DNA from: Eledone cirrhosa
Taxonomy: Eukaryota
Direction of reading: 5' to 3'
Length of the DNA stretch: 64,000 nucleotides
Assembly: GCA_964016885.1 (NCBI GenBank)
Contig: OZ024745.1
Location: 99,820,001-99,884,000 of the forward strand
Shown here: piece by piece, positions 13,757-26,244 of the stretch
How positions within the stretch are numbered: the first letter of the stretch is position 1
How the letters are laid out: every line of letters begins with the position of its first letter
The notes under the pieces: model-generated
What the model was told of the DNA's origin: nothing
Seen by the model: the letters and a program-made list of their open reading frames with translations, nothing else
Databases searched by the model: none
Translations under genes and position numbers: made by a program

Positions 13757-14284
13757 ATGGTAGGGGGGTGTTCCAAGGCCATAGTATCTAGAATAAGGAT
13801 GAAGGGTTTCTCCCTGCATACGAAAGGCCGGTTATATGATTCTTGTGTGAGGTGCGCAATGCTACATGGTAGTGAGACATGGGCAGCAACTACAGAGGAT
13901 ATGCGATGGCTGGAGCGAAATGAAGCAAGCATGCTCCGTTGGATGTTCAATGTCAATGTACATGAACGACCGAGCATGAATGTGTTGAGAAACTGTGTTT
14001 AAGAGGGATAAGTTGTAGTGTGTGGGAGAGAAGACTGCAATGGTATGGACATGTGATGCGCATGGAGGATGACCGCTGGGTAAAGAAGTTCCAAGAACTG
14101 CGAGTAGAAGGAAGACGCAGTAGAGGAAAACCACGAAAAACATGGGCAGCAGTGGTGAGAGCGGACCTCAGATCGCTGAAACTCACGGAGATGACGAAGG
14201 ACTGTGACAAGTGGAGAGATGCTGTGTTGAATAGGACCCGTCCCACCCTTGCAAGCAGGGAAAAGCAGATGTAAAATGATGATA
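13757..14284 (+). mobile_element. RTE LINE 3' fragment with (GAT)n tail
   Basis: [20 protein letters not shown]...RLQWYGHV...GKPRKTW...[10 protein letters not shown]. Confidence 0.93.
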
Positions 14285-14329
14285 TATATATATATATATA
14301 TATATATAATTCGTTTTTTAATTTGTTTT

Positions 14330-15014
14330 ATGAGATTTCTTATCTGAAAACGTGTGTTGAAACATTGCTATGCTGCCAATAAAAACTCATGCACCTGTTG
14401 GTTTTCACTTCAATTTATTATGTTTCCAGTTGGTTGGTTCCATAACCGGAAGGTTGTTTATATATTGACAAAGCTCTTTCGTCACACATTCTGTGACCTC
14501 CTCAGTGACTAGGACACATTAGAGAACATAGAGATAAAAATTATATCTACACACAGAAAAGATGCAATGCTCAGACAACAAATATTTGTAACAGGCAACA
14601 AATATAAACAAACTCCAACCAAAATTAAACAGAAAACATGAATGGAATAGCAACATCACAACTAGTAATTAAGGACAAAATGAAGACATACAGACACACA
14701 AAAAAAAAACCCAACAAAACAAATCAGACACAGAAATAGAACAAACACCCAACTAGTGACAAGTAAATAAACACATAAATAAATAAAAATACACACCTGG
14801 ATGTAAAGCATATGCAAACTAAGCACACAACACACAAAAACAAGATGCTGTAGGACAGAACAAAGGAGAGACACAAAAAATAAAAACCTAGTCACTGAAT
14901 GTGTGATGAAAGCTTTGACAATATATAAATAACCTTCTGGTTATCAAACAAACCAACCAGAAACATAATTGAAGTGAAATCCAACAGGTGCATGTGTTTT
15001 ATTGGCAGCATGGC
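14330..15014 (-). mobile_element. Penelope-like 3' remnant with inverted partial pLTR
   Basis: 14367-14513 is an inverted copy of 14888-15014, separated by ~375 nt that is T/G-rich on the minus strand; hammerhead core in the arms; TA repeats on both sides. Confidence 0.7.
14464..14512 (-). ncRNA. Minimal type I hammerhead ribozyme motif
   Basis: Minus strand: GTCA-CTGAGGA-G-GTCACA-gaatg-TGTGAC-GAAA-GAGCTT-TG(T/A)C, i.e. CUGANGA, a 6-bp stem II, GAAA and a short AGCT-type stem III. Confidence 0.6.
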
Positions 15015-15026
15015 TCTCTCAAAGTA

Positions 15027-15069
<43 letters not shown>

Positions 15070-15186
15070 TTTAAGTAAGAATATTTTCGAAACAGCGAGT
15101 TGGTTTGAAATTATTAGAAATGTAAGCTATCGCCGTATTTTGACTAAAGAAATTAAAGAAATCATGATTTAATAAATGATTTCTTT

Positions 15187-15903
15187 AATTTCTTTAGTTT
15201 CTTTAATTTCTTTAATTTCTTTTAGAGTGAGAGAGTGAGAGGGGGGGGGGGGGGGTAGTAGATAAAACATTAGGGCATATTTGTTGATGCTAATTAATTC
15301 TTTTAATTAATGGGGATTCTGACCTGTGTTTTGATGCATTATATAAATTGCCTATGATCTGTATTACAATTTGCAGTATCGGTAGAGGGTCGGACAACCA
15401 TGCTTTCCAGCATAGAGTTACGGCCCTTTACAGCCGGAGTTCAAATCACGCCGAGGTTAACTTTGCCTTTCATCCTTATGAGGTCGATAAAATAAATGGG
15501 ATAAATGGGATAAAATAAATGGGATAAATGCTGGCCTTGTGCCAAAATTTCTTTAGTTTCTTTAATTTCTTTAATTTCTTTTAGAGTGAGAGAGTGAGAG
15601 GGGGGGGGGGGTAGTAGATAAAACATTAGGGCATATTTGTTGATGCTAATTAATTCTTTTAATTAATGGGGATTCTGACCTGTGTTTTGATGCATTATAT
15701 AAATTGCCTATGATCTGTATTACAATTTGCAGTATCGGTAGAGGGTCGGACAACCATGCTTTCCAGCATAGAGTTACGGCCCTTTACAGCCGGAGTTCAA
15801 ATCACGCCGAGGTTAACTTTGCCTTTCATCCTTATGAGGTCGATAAAATAAATGGGATAAATGGGATAAAATAAATGGGATAAATGCTGGCCTTGTGCCA
15901 AAA
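15187..15903 (+). repeat. ~358 bp direct tandem duplication containing a SINE family B copy
   Basis: 15187-15547 and 15546-15903 appear identical except for poly-G length. Confidence 0.95.
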
Positions 15904-18009
15904 GTAGAAACAATTATTATATAATTCATTACCTCATACTATCAGGTAATAATTTGCATCCATGCATCTCTTCAGAGAAAGTTCAAAAGAATAATGGTGA
16001 AAGTCAAAGATGACTGACAGGATTCAAATAACATGGAGTGCCAGAACAAATCTTGCCAGTAGTTAGATGTGCAAAGAGGGTTGGCATCAAGAAGGGTATC
16101 CGGTCATAGAAAATTCTGCTTCAAGATGTTTCACCCAAACCATGTTATTATAGATTATTCCTCAACCCAGTTTTTAATGCCTTGTAGCAATTTCACTTCA
16201 AAATGGCGACAATTAAGAACAACATGAAAACTGCTCAGTAGCATTTTTCATAATAACTATGGCCTTGTGCCAAAATATGTTATTCTTTTCAAATGCTATT
16301 TGAAAATATTTCATTTTATGTATGTCAACTCAGTAATGTCTTTGGCAAAAACATTAACAAAATGACAAGAATGGTGACATTGGTACCCTAGTGCATGTTT
16401 CTTAAGATTGCATGATGTAACTTATGGTACCACACCTAATGTCAATGTCTTAAAAAAATACTGCATCGTCTATGTACAAAAATATGAATAGGTCAAGGAT
16501 TCCAAAGCAATGAACTCACAAGAGAGAAATGGCCACAACATAATCCTTGAAAACAGTATAAAGATAACATTAATTAAGATTTAAAATATTGAAGAAAAAT
16601 CTTTAACAAGGGAAAAATGTGGTTTCAAATACATTGAAAAGGCAAGCCAATGAATTGAAAGCTTGTATATCACACATATTATACATACGATTTGACAGTT
16701 AAATGCATTTCATCTAACATGGAGCTCAAGGCTGAATAGATATGTATGAAAATGTATACTTTAAGAAAATTTCAATCCGAAACCTAACACAGCAACTAAA
16801 TTTTCTAACATGCTCAGTACAATATGATGAAAAAATATGTGTATATGATGGCACAGCACTTAGGCATTCTAATAAGATTTGATATGACAGATCTGTGACT
16901 AAAGGGATTATAAATAAAAGCAATCGAATGGTTACATTCTACATCTGTAACAAACATTACAGGGATGGTAAAATTTCTCTAAGAAACATACGTAAAAACA
17001 AGTAGCCATACATAGAACAAAGTAAGCCTGTCTGTAGAGGAGAAAGGAGATGAAGGGATATATGTTAGGGGTTTTAAAACTGCAAAACAGATGGTTAAGA
17101 GAAGCAGCATCATTATAGTGGGATATAAGTGACTAAATATGTAAGCATGCTAACATTATGACAATAAAAAGCTACATAGAAATGTTACAATGAACAGCAG
17201 TGAAATAAACATGAATGGAATAGAATGAATGAGCCTACAGCAAATGACCCACTTTTTGTGACATATTCCTACATGTATATTAATTTGTTATAAGTAGTTT
17301 GAAAATTTGAGAGAATCTGCTAAAATGTCAATCTCATAGAAATTGTAAAAGATTAAGATTACATAACTATACATCAACATATATTAAGTTAGTTTATTAT
17401 ATGTAAATGTGTGGCACTCAATCGACCTTGTCAAGAGGTAGTTGTGGTGCCACAAAAAGATAAAAACAAACCATGTACCCACCATGAAGTGGTTGCCATT
17501 AAGAAGGGCATCCAGTCATAGAAACCATGTCAAAATGGAACATATGAGCAAGACAGACGTCTGACCTGCATGTCTAGCCTCAAACCATGATAACCATTTA
17601 ACCAATGCAAATGTGGAAAATAGATATAAAGATGTGATGATAATATACATAACTATTGGGGAACTTGGGTATGTAATAATTGCTTTACCATCACTCTTGT
17701 GAAGTTTAGTTACACAGAACCAGAAAGAACACAGCTAATTGTGAAATTACAATTATAAGACATTAACGGAAATATGAAATTGAGTAAAACATTCCACAAG
17801 TTTAGCTTTTAGTAAGGCCTTACATGTATGTAGATATACAAACACACATACAAGTCAAAACAAACCGATCTACACATGTATTAACATCCATATGTGTGTG
17901 CAGATACATAATCATCATCGTTTTATGTCTATTCTTGCATGCTAGAATGGGTTAGACTGGTTGTCCTGTTGTGGGCAGTGTCTGGTCGGCTGACACTGTC
18001 TTCCTCATA

Positions 18010-18340
18010 CAGGAACCGATTCTGGCTTGATTTCTACAGCTGGATGCACTTCCTAACACCAACCTCATTTACAGTGAGTGTTGGGTGTTTTTTTTCCGTG
18101 GCACCTACATATCCACTTTACAGTGTGGCTGGGTACTTTTTTGCCGTGGCACCTCCACGACCACTTTGCAGTGGAATGATAGGGACCCCAGTCCTATCAT
18201 CTCATTTCTACAGCTGAGTAAACTGGAACAATGTGAAATAAAGTGTCTTGCTCAAGGAAACAACATCACTCGGTCCGAGAATTGAACTCACAACCTTTTG
18301 ATTGCAAGCCCAATGCTCTAACCACTCAGCCCTGTGCCTT
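18010..18340 (-). mobile_element. SINE family A with internal duplication
   Basis: Matches family A; the GGGT..TTTTT.CCGTGGCACCT.CA segment occurs twice (about 18080-18170). Confidence 0.88.
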
Positions 18341-18987
18341 CATATACACACATATTTATATACATATATATGACGAGTATCTAAATTTCAATGAAAGGGT
18401 CTTGTGTCTTGGTTAGAAACTTTGTAATTTTTAAAATAAATGCAGAAGTGTACACACACACCCACACACACTCGATTCCAGTTAATTGCATAATTCGGTC
18501 AATTATATAACCTATCTAAACACAAACACTTTAGCGTCAAATCTATGTAAAATTAATCAGTTAATTTGTATGTTCAAAGAAAGTCAATTCATACTAATTT
18601 CATATTTTTCCAATGCTGAATAGAAAATTAATGAGATGTAGCATGAAATGAAACATTTAAGTTGATAAGAATAAAGTAATTCTGGAATCTGTTTTCTTTA
18701 AGAGATTCCTTAACAGGAGTCTACTTCCTGTTTACAAATAGTGACAGGCCAATACACCCAGGGTCTCACAACCTTTCTAATTGATTCATGTACACATATC
18801 CACCCCCATCTAATGCACACACACACATGTACGTGGGTGTGTGTGTGTGTATGTATATATATATTTTTGGGTGTGGGATGCTTAAAGCGTCCATTTGCGA
18901 TAGGCCGTTTGAGCACTCGATGCTTTTACAGAGCAGAGTATAATATAAGAAACGGAGAATCAGTGGTGCAACGAATTAAAATTTATT

Positions 18988-19084
18988 AGACATATTACAA
19001 TCGTTTCTCTGGTGACCAGCTTAAGGCACGATCGATACGATCATCGAACCTGACTCTGAACTCGCAAAATCCTCAGATACGTCT
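18988..19084 (-). ncRNA. Type I hammerhead ribozyme motif with long loop II
   Basis: Minus strand: AGACGTAT-CTGAGGA-[~62 nt stem/loop II]-GAAAC-GATT-GTA^-ATATGTCT-AATAAA; 8-bp stem I with one G-U pair and all core nucleotides present; base of stem II imperfect. Confidence 0.7.
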
Positions 19085-19128
19085 CAATTTTTCAAAGCAG
19101 TTTCCAAATGTCCAGTTAATCCCGCCGG

Positions 19129-19159
<31 letters not shown>

Positions 19160-19163
<4 letters not shown>

Positions 19164-19525
19164 AAGCTATGGCACGCCGCCCAGGCCTTGCTCTTCCTCT
19201 CAACCACATCATCTTCCGTATTCCCAATCTTTGCTCCCAAATCCAGGAAGCCCTCAACCAATTCTAGCGGCATCCCAAAAGTCAGCTCAAAAGTGACACA
19301 GAGGAGACTGAGGTTAGGTGGACATGCTCACCGACATCCAGAGTTGACATTGCACTCAGTGCTCCTTTGGACACACTAGAAGAGGAAGACCAAGGTTAAT
19401 GTATGTTGATGCCCTAAGGGCAGACACTGGTCTATTGGAGACGCAGGACATGGCAGCGATAATGAGGGACAGAGACCGCTGGAGAGAACTCGTCCATGGA
19501 TCTCGGGAATTTTACCCGCCTTAGA
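19160..19525 (+). mobile_element. LINE 3' fragment with inverted 5' part
   Basis: Plus strand SSKVTQRRLRLGGHAHRHPE; minus strand DVVERKSKAWAACHSL (19160-19260); the 3' end recurs inverted at 21108-21256. Confidence 0.7.
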
Positions 19526-19838
19526 ATAGAAAATTAGAATATATATATATATATATATATATATACACGCACACACATATATATACACATATCGTTTTAT
19601 GTCAATGTCTCCACGCTAGCAAGGGTTAGACGAGTTGTCCTGTTGTGGGCTATGCTAGGTCAGGTGACCGTGACTTGCTCATACAGGATTGATTTTGGCT
19701 CAATTTCTACAGCCGGATGCCTTTCTAACACCAACCTCATTTACAGTGAGTACTGGGTACTTTTTGTCGTGACACCTACATGACCACTTCACAGCAGGAG
19801 GGGTGTAGAGGCATATTGTATACATAAAGCATATATAT

Positions 19839-19885
<47 letters not shown>

Positions 19886-20124
19886 TATATATATACACAC
19901 ACATGTATATATATATGTGTGTGTGTATGTGATTCCAGGGTTCATTTAGGGGTAACCACAGTTAGTAAGGTTGTCATCATTTTTCACACAAGTGTCAGAC
20001 AGCCAACATTTTGTCCACAGGAAGAAACATTTTGTTGTTAGCAGAAGTAGCAATTCCCTAAACTTTTTTTGAATGAAACAGTTCTAGTCCTGTATAAACC
20101 ATTTGTGTATATATATATATATAT

Positions 20125-21089
20125 AGAAATAGTGGACAGCTTCCATTACCTGGGTGACAAAATCAGCAGTGGGGGAGGGTGCTCTGAAAGTACAGTAGCT
20201 AGAGTCAGAACTGGATGGAAAAAGTTCAGAGAGCTTATACCACTATTAGCCACTAAAGGGTTCTCCCTAAAAATGAAAGGCAGGTTGTATGATGCCTGCA
20301 TACGAACAGCAATGTTGCATGGCAGTGAGACCTGGGCATTGTGTGCAGAGGATATACGCAGACTAAAGAGGAACGAAGCCTGCATGCTCCGCTGGATGTA
20401 TAATAGTAATATACGTGAACGGCAAAGCATAAACGAACTAAGGGAGAAATTAGAAATAAGAGGGATCAGATGTTGTTTACTCGAGAGAAGGCTACGTTGG
20501 TATGGTTACGTGATGCGCATGAAAGACGACAGCTGTATAAAAAAGTGCAGGGCAATAAAGATAGACGGTAGCCACGGAGTAGGCAGACCCAGAAAAACCT
20601 GGGACGACTTGATAAATTACGACCTCACACACTTACACCTCTCCAAGACAATGTCACTGGACCGAGATCTTTGGCAGTACTCAGTAATAGAGAAGACCCG
20701 CCTTACCTAAATACAAAGTAAAACCTACTACAGTCAGTCGGCACCTTTAACAAAATACACCCCCGTCCCACTACCCCCACCCCAACCACACCGCCCCTTT
20801 CAATGTAAAGTTATGTTGGTGCCACAACATCCAGGCCGAAACAAATGAGGTCGTGTAGGTGTCACGACAAAAAAGCACACAGTCCACGCTGTAATGTGGC
20901 CGTGTAGGTAACATGGTAAAAACCTCCCAGTTCCACACTAAATGTGGTTGGTGTTAGGAAGGGCATCCAACTGTAGAAAACCCGCCAGACAGTCCTATGC
21001 GAGCAAGACAACCACTCTTGCCTCAAGTGGGAAAACTCCCGTCCAAACCCATGCAAGCGTGGAATATGGACGTTAAACGATGATGATGA
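20125..21089 (+). mobile_element. RTE LINE 3' fragment (different subfamily) with apparent long 3' UTR and (GAT)n tail
   Basis: EIVDSFHYLG...KGRLYDAC...RLRWYGYV...GRPRKTWDD with stop at 20710; downstream sequence ends GGACGTTAAACGATGATGATG. Confidence 0.85.
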
Positions 21090-21107
21090 ATATATACACA
21101 TATATAT

Positions 21108-21256
21108 CTAGGGTGGGTAAAACTTCCGAGATCCATGGACGAGTTCTCTCCAGCAGTCTGTCCATCATCGCTGCCATGTCCTGCGTCTCCAAAAGACCAG
21201 TGTCTGTCTTTACGGCATCAACATATATCAACTTCAGTCTCCCTCTTCCAGTGTGT
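21108..21256 (-). mobile_element. Short LINE 3' end related to 19375-19525
   Basis: Reverse-complement similarity (GATCCATGGACGAGTTCTCTCCAGC, CATGTCCTGCGTCTCCAA). Confidence 0.8.
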
Positions 21257-21289
21257 TCATATATATGTATACATACACACCATCATCAC

Positions 21290-21860
21290 CATACATCCGT
21301 TGTCCACGTTTTCATGGGTTGAACGAGTCCTCAGTTCATGCCTCCACTTGTCACGTTCCTTTGTCCTCCAATGATCTTTAGCAGTTTGCGGTCAGCTCTC
21401 ACCACTTCCATCCAGGTCTTCCCCCCTCCACTAGGATTACTCAGCATTTCTTCATCCAGTGATCATCCATGCACATCACATGTCCATACCAACACAGTTT
21501 CCTCTCCTGCGCACAACTTCTAATTTCTCTTATATCCAATTTCTCTCAGTTCATCCTTGCACATCCATCGAAGCATGCTTACCTCATTTCTCTCCAGCCT
21601 TCACATGTCCTCTGCTTTCAATGCCCATGTCTCACTACCATGCAGCATGGCACTTCACACACATGTGTCATACAACCAGCCTTTCATTCATAGGGAGAAA
21701 CATTTTGTTGTTAGCAGGAGTAGCAGTTCCCTAAACTTCTTCCAGCTTATCCTCATTGTAGCTACTATGCTGTCAGGACACCCTACTCTACTGCTAACTA
21801 TATCACCTTGCTAGCAGAAGCTATCAACCACTTCTATAGATCCTTGCTGGGATTGGAAAA
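21290..21860 (-). mobile_element. Degenerate RTE LINE 3' fragment
   Basis: Similar to 43757-44390 (CCCATGTCTCACTACCATGCAGCAT, CCCTAAACTTCTTCCA). Confidence 0.85.
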
Positions 21861-22009
21861 GGCTTATATTTATCATCACTGTCATCATCATTTAACATCC
21901 ATTTTTCATGCTAGAATGGGTTTATACTTATTTTTATAATTATGTACACATTCTATATATATATATAATTTATATATATATATATATATATATATCTATA
22001 TATATATAA

Positions 22010-22203
22010 AACTAAGGAAATGTGGTAAGGAACCAGGTGGACCATAACGCACCAAAGTACTCAATACTTAGGGTAGTAGAGTGGGTAATAGGAACGAGTA
22101 GGACCCCGACGGCTGAGCTCAAGCCGTTTCGATGGCTAATTCAGTCCAGAATTAGCCGTCGAAACGGCTTGAGCTCAGCCATTGGGGTCCTACTCGTTCC
22201 TAT
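22010..22203 (-). mobile_element. Palindromic fold-back element with hammerhead 3' half (copy 1 of 3)
   Basis: ~58-bp arms spanning 22088-22203 plus ~78 bp tail, inside (TA)n; near-identical to 52930-53098 and 54004-54203. Confidence 0.85.
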
Positions 22204-22213
22204 ATATATATAT

Positions 22214-22248
<35 letters not shown>

Positions 22249-22540
22249 ATTAGTTATATCCAGAATTGAAATCTTGTTGCAGAACATATTGCTTTTTAAC
22301 CTTTCTTGCTATAGTAGTCATGTACAAGGTTAGGGGCAAATACAATTAAGCACATCTCTATAAAAGATATGGCCTTATGCTATAGTGCTTTAATGTAAGT
22401 TTTAATTAAAATGGATTAAATTGATCAATTCAATAGTTTTTCAAGTATTTGATTCAACATTAGCTGACTTTATGAGGACTATTAGGCTACTAAACCTTTA
22501 CACCACATCTATTCAAATAGCCAGAACACAGTCACACATC

Positions 22541-22875
22541 ATCATTTCATTTTACGTCTGCTTTTTCCCTGCTTGCAAGGGTGGGACGGGAACTGATTCT
22601 GGCTTGATTTCTACAGCTGGATGCCCTTCCTAACACCAACCTCATTTACAGTGAGTGCTGGGTGCTTTTTTTGCCGTGGCACCTCCACGACCACTTTGCA
22701 GTGGAATGATAGAGAACCCAGTACCTATGATCTCATTTCTACAGCTGAGTAAACTGGAGCAATGTGAAATAAGGTGTCTTGCTCAAGGAAACAACACATC
22801 ACCCGGTCTTAGAATTGAACTCACAACCTTTCGATTGCAAGGCCAATGCTCTAACCACTAAGCCATCTGCCTCCA
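22541..22875 (-). mobile_element. SINE family A, full length
   Basis: Reverse complement of 4670-5008. Confidence 0.9.
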
Positions 22876-23365
22876 CACTGTATGATTACACCAGGTATGT
22901 GTAAAGCTGGTGATAGAATCATGTCAGATATGAAATGTAGGCCTCTTTTCAAGGTCATTAGGCATTTTAATAATCAGTGCTAAACAATATATGTTTGGTT
23001 TATACATACATGTAGTGTGCATGATATATTTACAAGTAACTAAACAGAACAAAAGAACTAAAACTTCAGGTGAATAGGACACCTCAAAATCATAGGTCCA
23101 TATCAACTGGCCAACCTTGCCACCCCTTCTGTTCTGGTCAACTCACAGCAACCTGTTCACCTTGATATACACCAAGTAAAGAGATCAAGTGTATTTGACT
23201 TATCTAATAAAAGAATGATGAATCTCCTTTTCTAGTTGCTGCAGTGAAATTGTCTACAAAAGAAGCTTTCTCTTCAATATTCATATAGATTAAGACTGTC
23301 ATTTTCAAAATTTCATCAACTCAAGTTTTACCCTCACATCTATGTTGATTCATTCCCTTAAATTA

Positions 23366-25341
23366 CACCGAGTAACAAAATAATTTTTTTTTTCTGTTCC
23401 TGGCTTGTAATCACTTTTTTGTGTTGCTTAGGTCCCAAATAAAAAAAAAAAAGTGCTATTAAACAGTTAAAAGTATGGGTTTGTAAAAATTCTAAGCTAT
23501 TCACTAGAATTATTTGTATGCTGGATTTTACATTGTAAGTTTAATTTGCTTATGTTAAATGATTTTTTTAATATATGTTTCAGGTTAAATTAAAATTATA
23601 AAATAAAGAGTAATACCTAAAGAAAATTATAAAAGTGCAATAAAGTATAAAATTGTTAAAAAGTGGATTAAAGAGATTTATTGATACTGGATTTTCGCAC
23701 CCTGAATAAAGGGTAAGTTGTGTTTTAAGCACAAATTTTCATTAGTATTATTAGTGTTCTTTTATATTATTTAAATATGTATTTCCCTTTCCAATATTTA
23801 TTTTGTATTACATATCAAATTTATTTTCCAAGGCAAGTATTCTGATGAAGAGGAGGAGATGGATGCTGAGGACTTGGATTACCTGCCTGAGGTACCAGAA
23901 AAAGTTCCTCACTTCCCAAACCAAAAAGAAGTCAATGACTTGGTCAGGGATATGGGTCTGACCAAGTCCAATGCAGAGCTATTCGTCTCCAGGATGAAGC
24001 AGTGGAACTTCGTCAAGGAGGAAGTGCAGGTGACAAGTCAGAGAAGTCGACACAAACCTTTCTCAGGCTTTTACACTCTTAGGCATGGCCTCTGCTTCTA
24101 CCATGACGTGCCTGGACTGTTTGACGTTATTGGGGTGCCGTTTGTGCCCAAGGAGTGGCGGCTATTTATAGACAGCTCCACCACAAGTTTGAAGGCTGTC
24201 CTCCTCCACAATGGAAACAAGTTCCCGACACTGCCCCTAGCTCATTCAGTCTGCCTGAAGGAAGATTACTACAGTGTGAAAGTCCTCTTGGAAGCTCTGC
24301 AATACAACCAGCACAATTGGGAAATCATTGGAGACTTCAAGATGGTGGCTTTCCTGCTTGGACTCAAAGGAGGCTTTATCAAATTCCAATGCTTCCTCTG
24401 CCTTTGGGACAGCAGAGCCACCTCTGACCACTACAAAAGAAACAACTGGGAGCAGTGAACAGAATTTGTAGTTGGGACCCGGAACGTCATGTGGGAGCCA
24501 CTGGTTGATCCCAGGATTGTGCTCATGCCACCACTACACATTAAGTTGGGGTTGATGAAGCAGTTTGTGAAGGCTCTCAACCAAGAATCAGCCGCTTTTA
24601 AGTACCTTCTTGAGTCCTTCCCCAAGTTATCCGAGGCCCAAATCAAAGGTGGAATTTTTGTTGGACCTCAGATAAAGAAGGTGTTTAAGTCTACCGAGTT
24701 CTCCAATAAGCTCAATAGGATTGAGAGAACAGCATGGAACTGTTTCAAGGCAGTTGTTAAGGGCTTCCTGGGCAACTATAGAGCTGAAAACAACCAGCAA
24801 CTGGTGCAGGATTTGATAAAGGCTTTTGGCACCATGGGATGCAGGATGTCGTTTAAACTCCATATGCTGGATGCTCACCTGGAAAAATTCAAGGACAATA
24901 TGGGCGCCTACTCAGAAGAACAAGGTGAACGATTCCACCAAGATGTGAAAGAGATAGAGCGGAGGTACCAGGGCCACTACAATGAAAAAATGATGGTGGG
25001 ACTATATCTGGGGGCTAGTGCGGGAATGCGACCTGGACTACAACCGCAAATCCAGGAAATACAGTCATTTCTGACGTGTATAAGTTGCTTTATAAGTGTT
25101 ATTTGTTTTTACTTGTTTGCTTTTGATAAGCTTGTGTAATAAAATAAATATATACTCTATTGATTTAATTATACGAACTGATAAATTTTTTTTAAATGCG
25201 TTTTATCTTGAAAAATATGAAATTTTCGAAATATCAAACTCCTGACCAGAAACCCAAACTTCTGATTAAATAATAGTGTTTTTTTATAATAATGGGATAT
25301 AACTAACCATGAAATGACACTTAGAACCGGGGAACAAAAAA
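23366..25341 (+). mobile_element. DNA transposon, Chapaev (CMC)-like, decayed
   Basis: Left end TTA|CACCGAGTAACAAAA...TGTTCCTGG; inverted partner CCGGGGAACAAAAAA at about 25327-25341 (outermost right TIR missing); contains a transposase pseudogene. Confidence 0.7.
23859..25075 (+). pseudogene. Transposase catalytic region (Chapaev3-like), with one premature stop and a late frameshift
   Basis: WRLFIDSS..SLKAVLLHNG, GDFKMV, CFLCLWDSR, PPLHIKLGLMKQFVKAL, SEEQGERFHQD, RYQG; in-frame TGA at 24456-24458; DYIWGL continues in another frame near 25000. Confidence 0.85.
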
Positions 25342-26244
25342 TATCAAATAGCTAACCTTAACAGTTTAACAACAGCCTTTCCTAATAAAGCTATCAAGAG
25401 AGTTATATAACCACCAGGTTTATTGAAGTGACTAAATTGGCCTTGTATTCTTTAGGACATGTTCTAAATCTTCTTGTAGAATTCCAAATAAACAAGGAAC
25501 AGAACCAACACACAATATACTTGTCTTAAATTAGAGAGTATGAGCAATTCCCATTACCTTTTGGCAGAACCAAGAAGACTAGTAGAAGGAAGGAAGAAAA
25601 CAGGATATTGTCTAGAATATTTACAATAGAGTGGATTTTCTTAAAGGCATCCAAGGACCAGCTGGTGTTCTTAAACCAAAAGAGAAATCAATATTACCCA
25701 CAAAGAACAGATACAATCCATTCAACAAGCTTCCAATTACTTAATTTCACTCATAAGGCTTGATTGTTAAACCTTAATTACACTCTAATAAGGTAGAATC
25801 TTCCACTCCAGCACGAGTTTCCTTTTCAAGTAGTATCTCAAGAGGTTAATGAGGCAAGTTTCTATCCTAAAACCTTTAACTTGTGTTCACCACATAATGC
25901 ATTTTAGTGTAACCATTATGCAGAGAAAAACATGCAGCCCTTCTTTGCCAAAAGAAGAATGCAGCTTTATTTTCATTATTCCATATCATGGATGTATTTG
26001 AGCAAACCCGACTGGTATATAAAAAAAATAAAACTAACACCCGTCTCTTAGGATAATCCAAGGTGTTAATATCCAGTCTTAACTGCAAGTTCAACCTATA
26101 AGTTCAACACAGACTAAACTTGTTTTTTTACTATGCTAATACTACAAGGCCATCTCTCCCCACCGTAATGTATTGTCATACAATAATATTCTTTTAAGTG
26201 TCAGCCATGCTGTTCAATATACCCCCCCCCCCCCCACACACACA

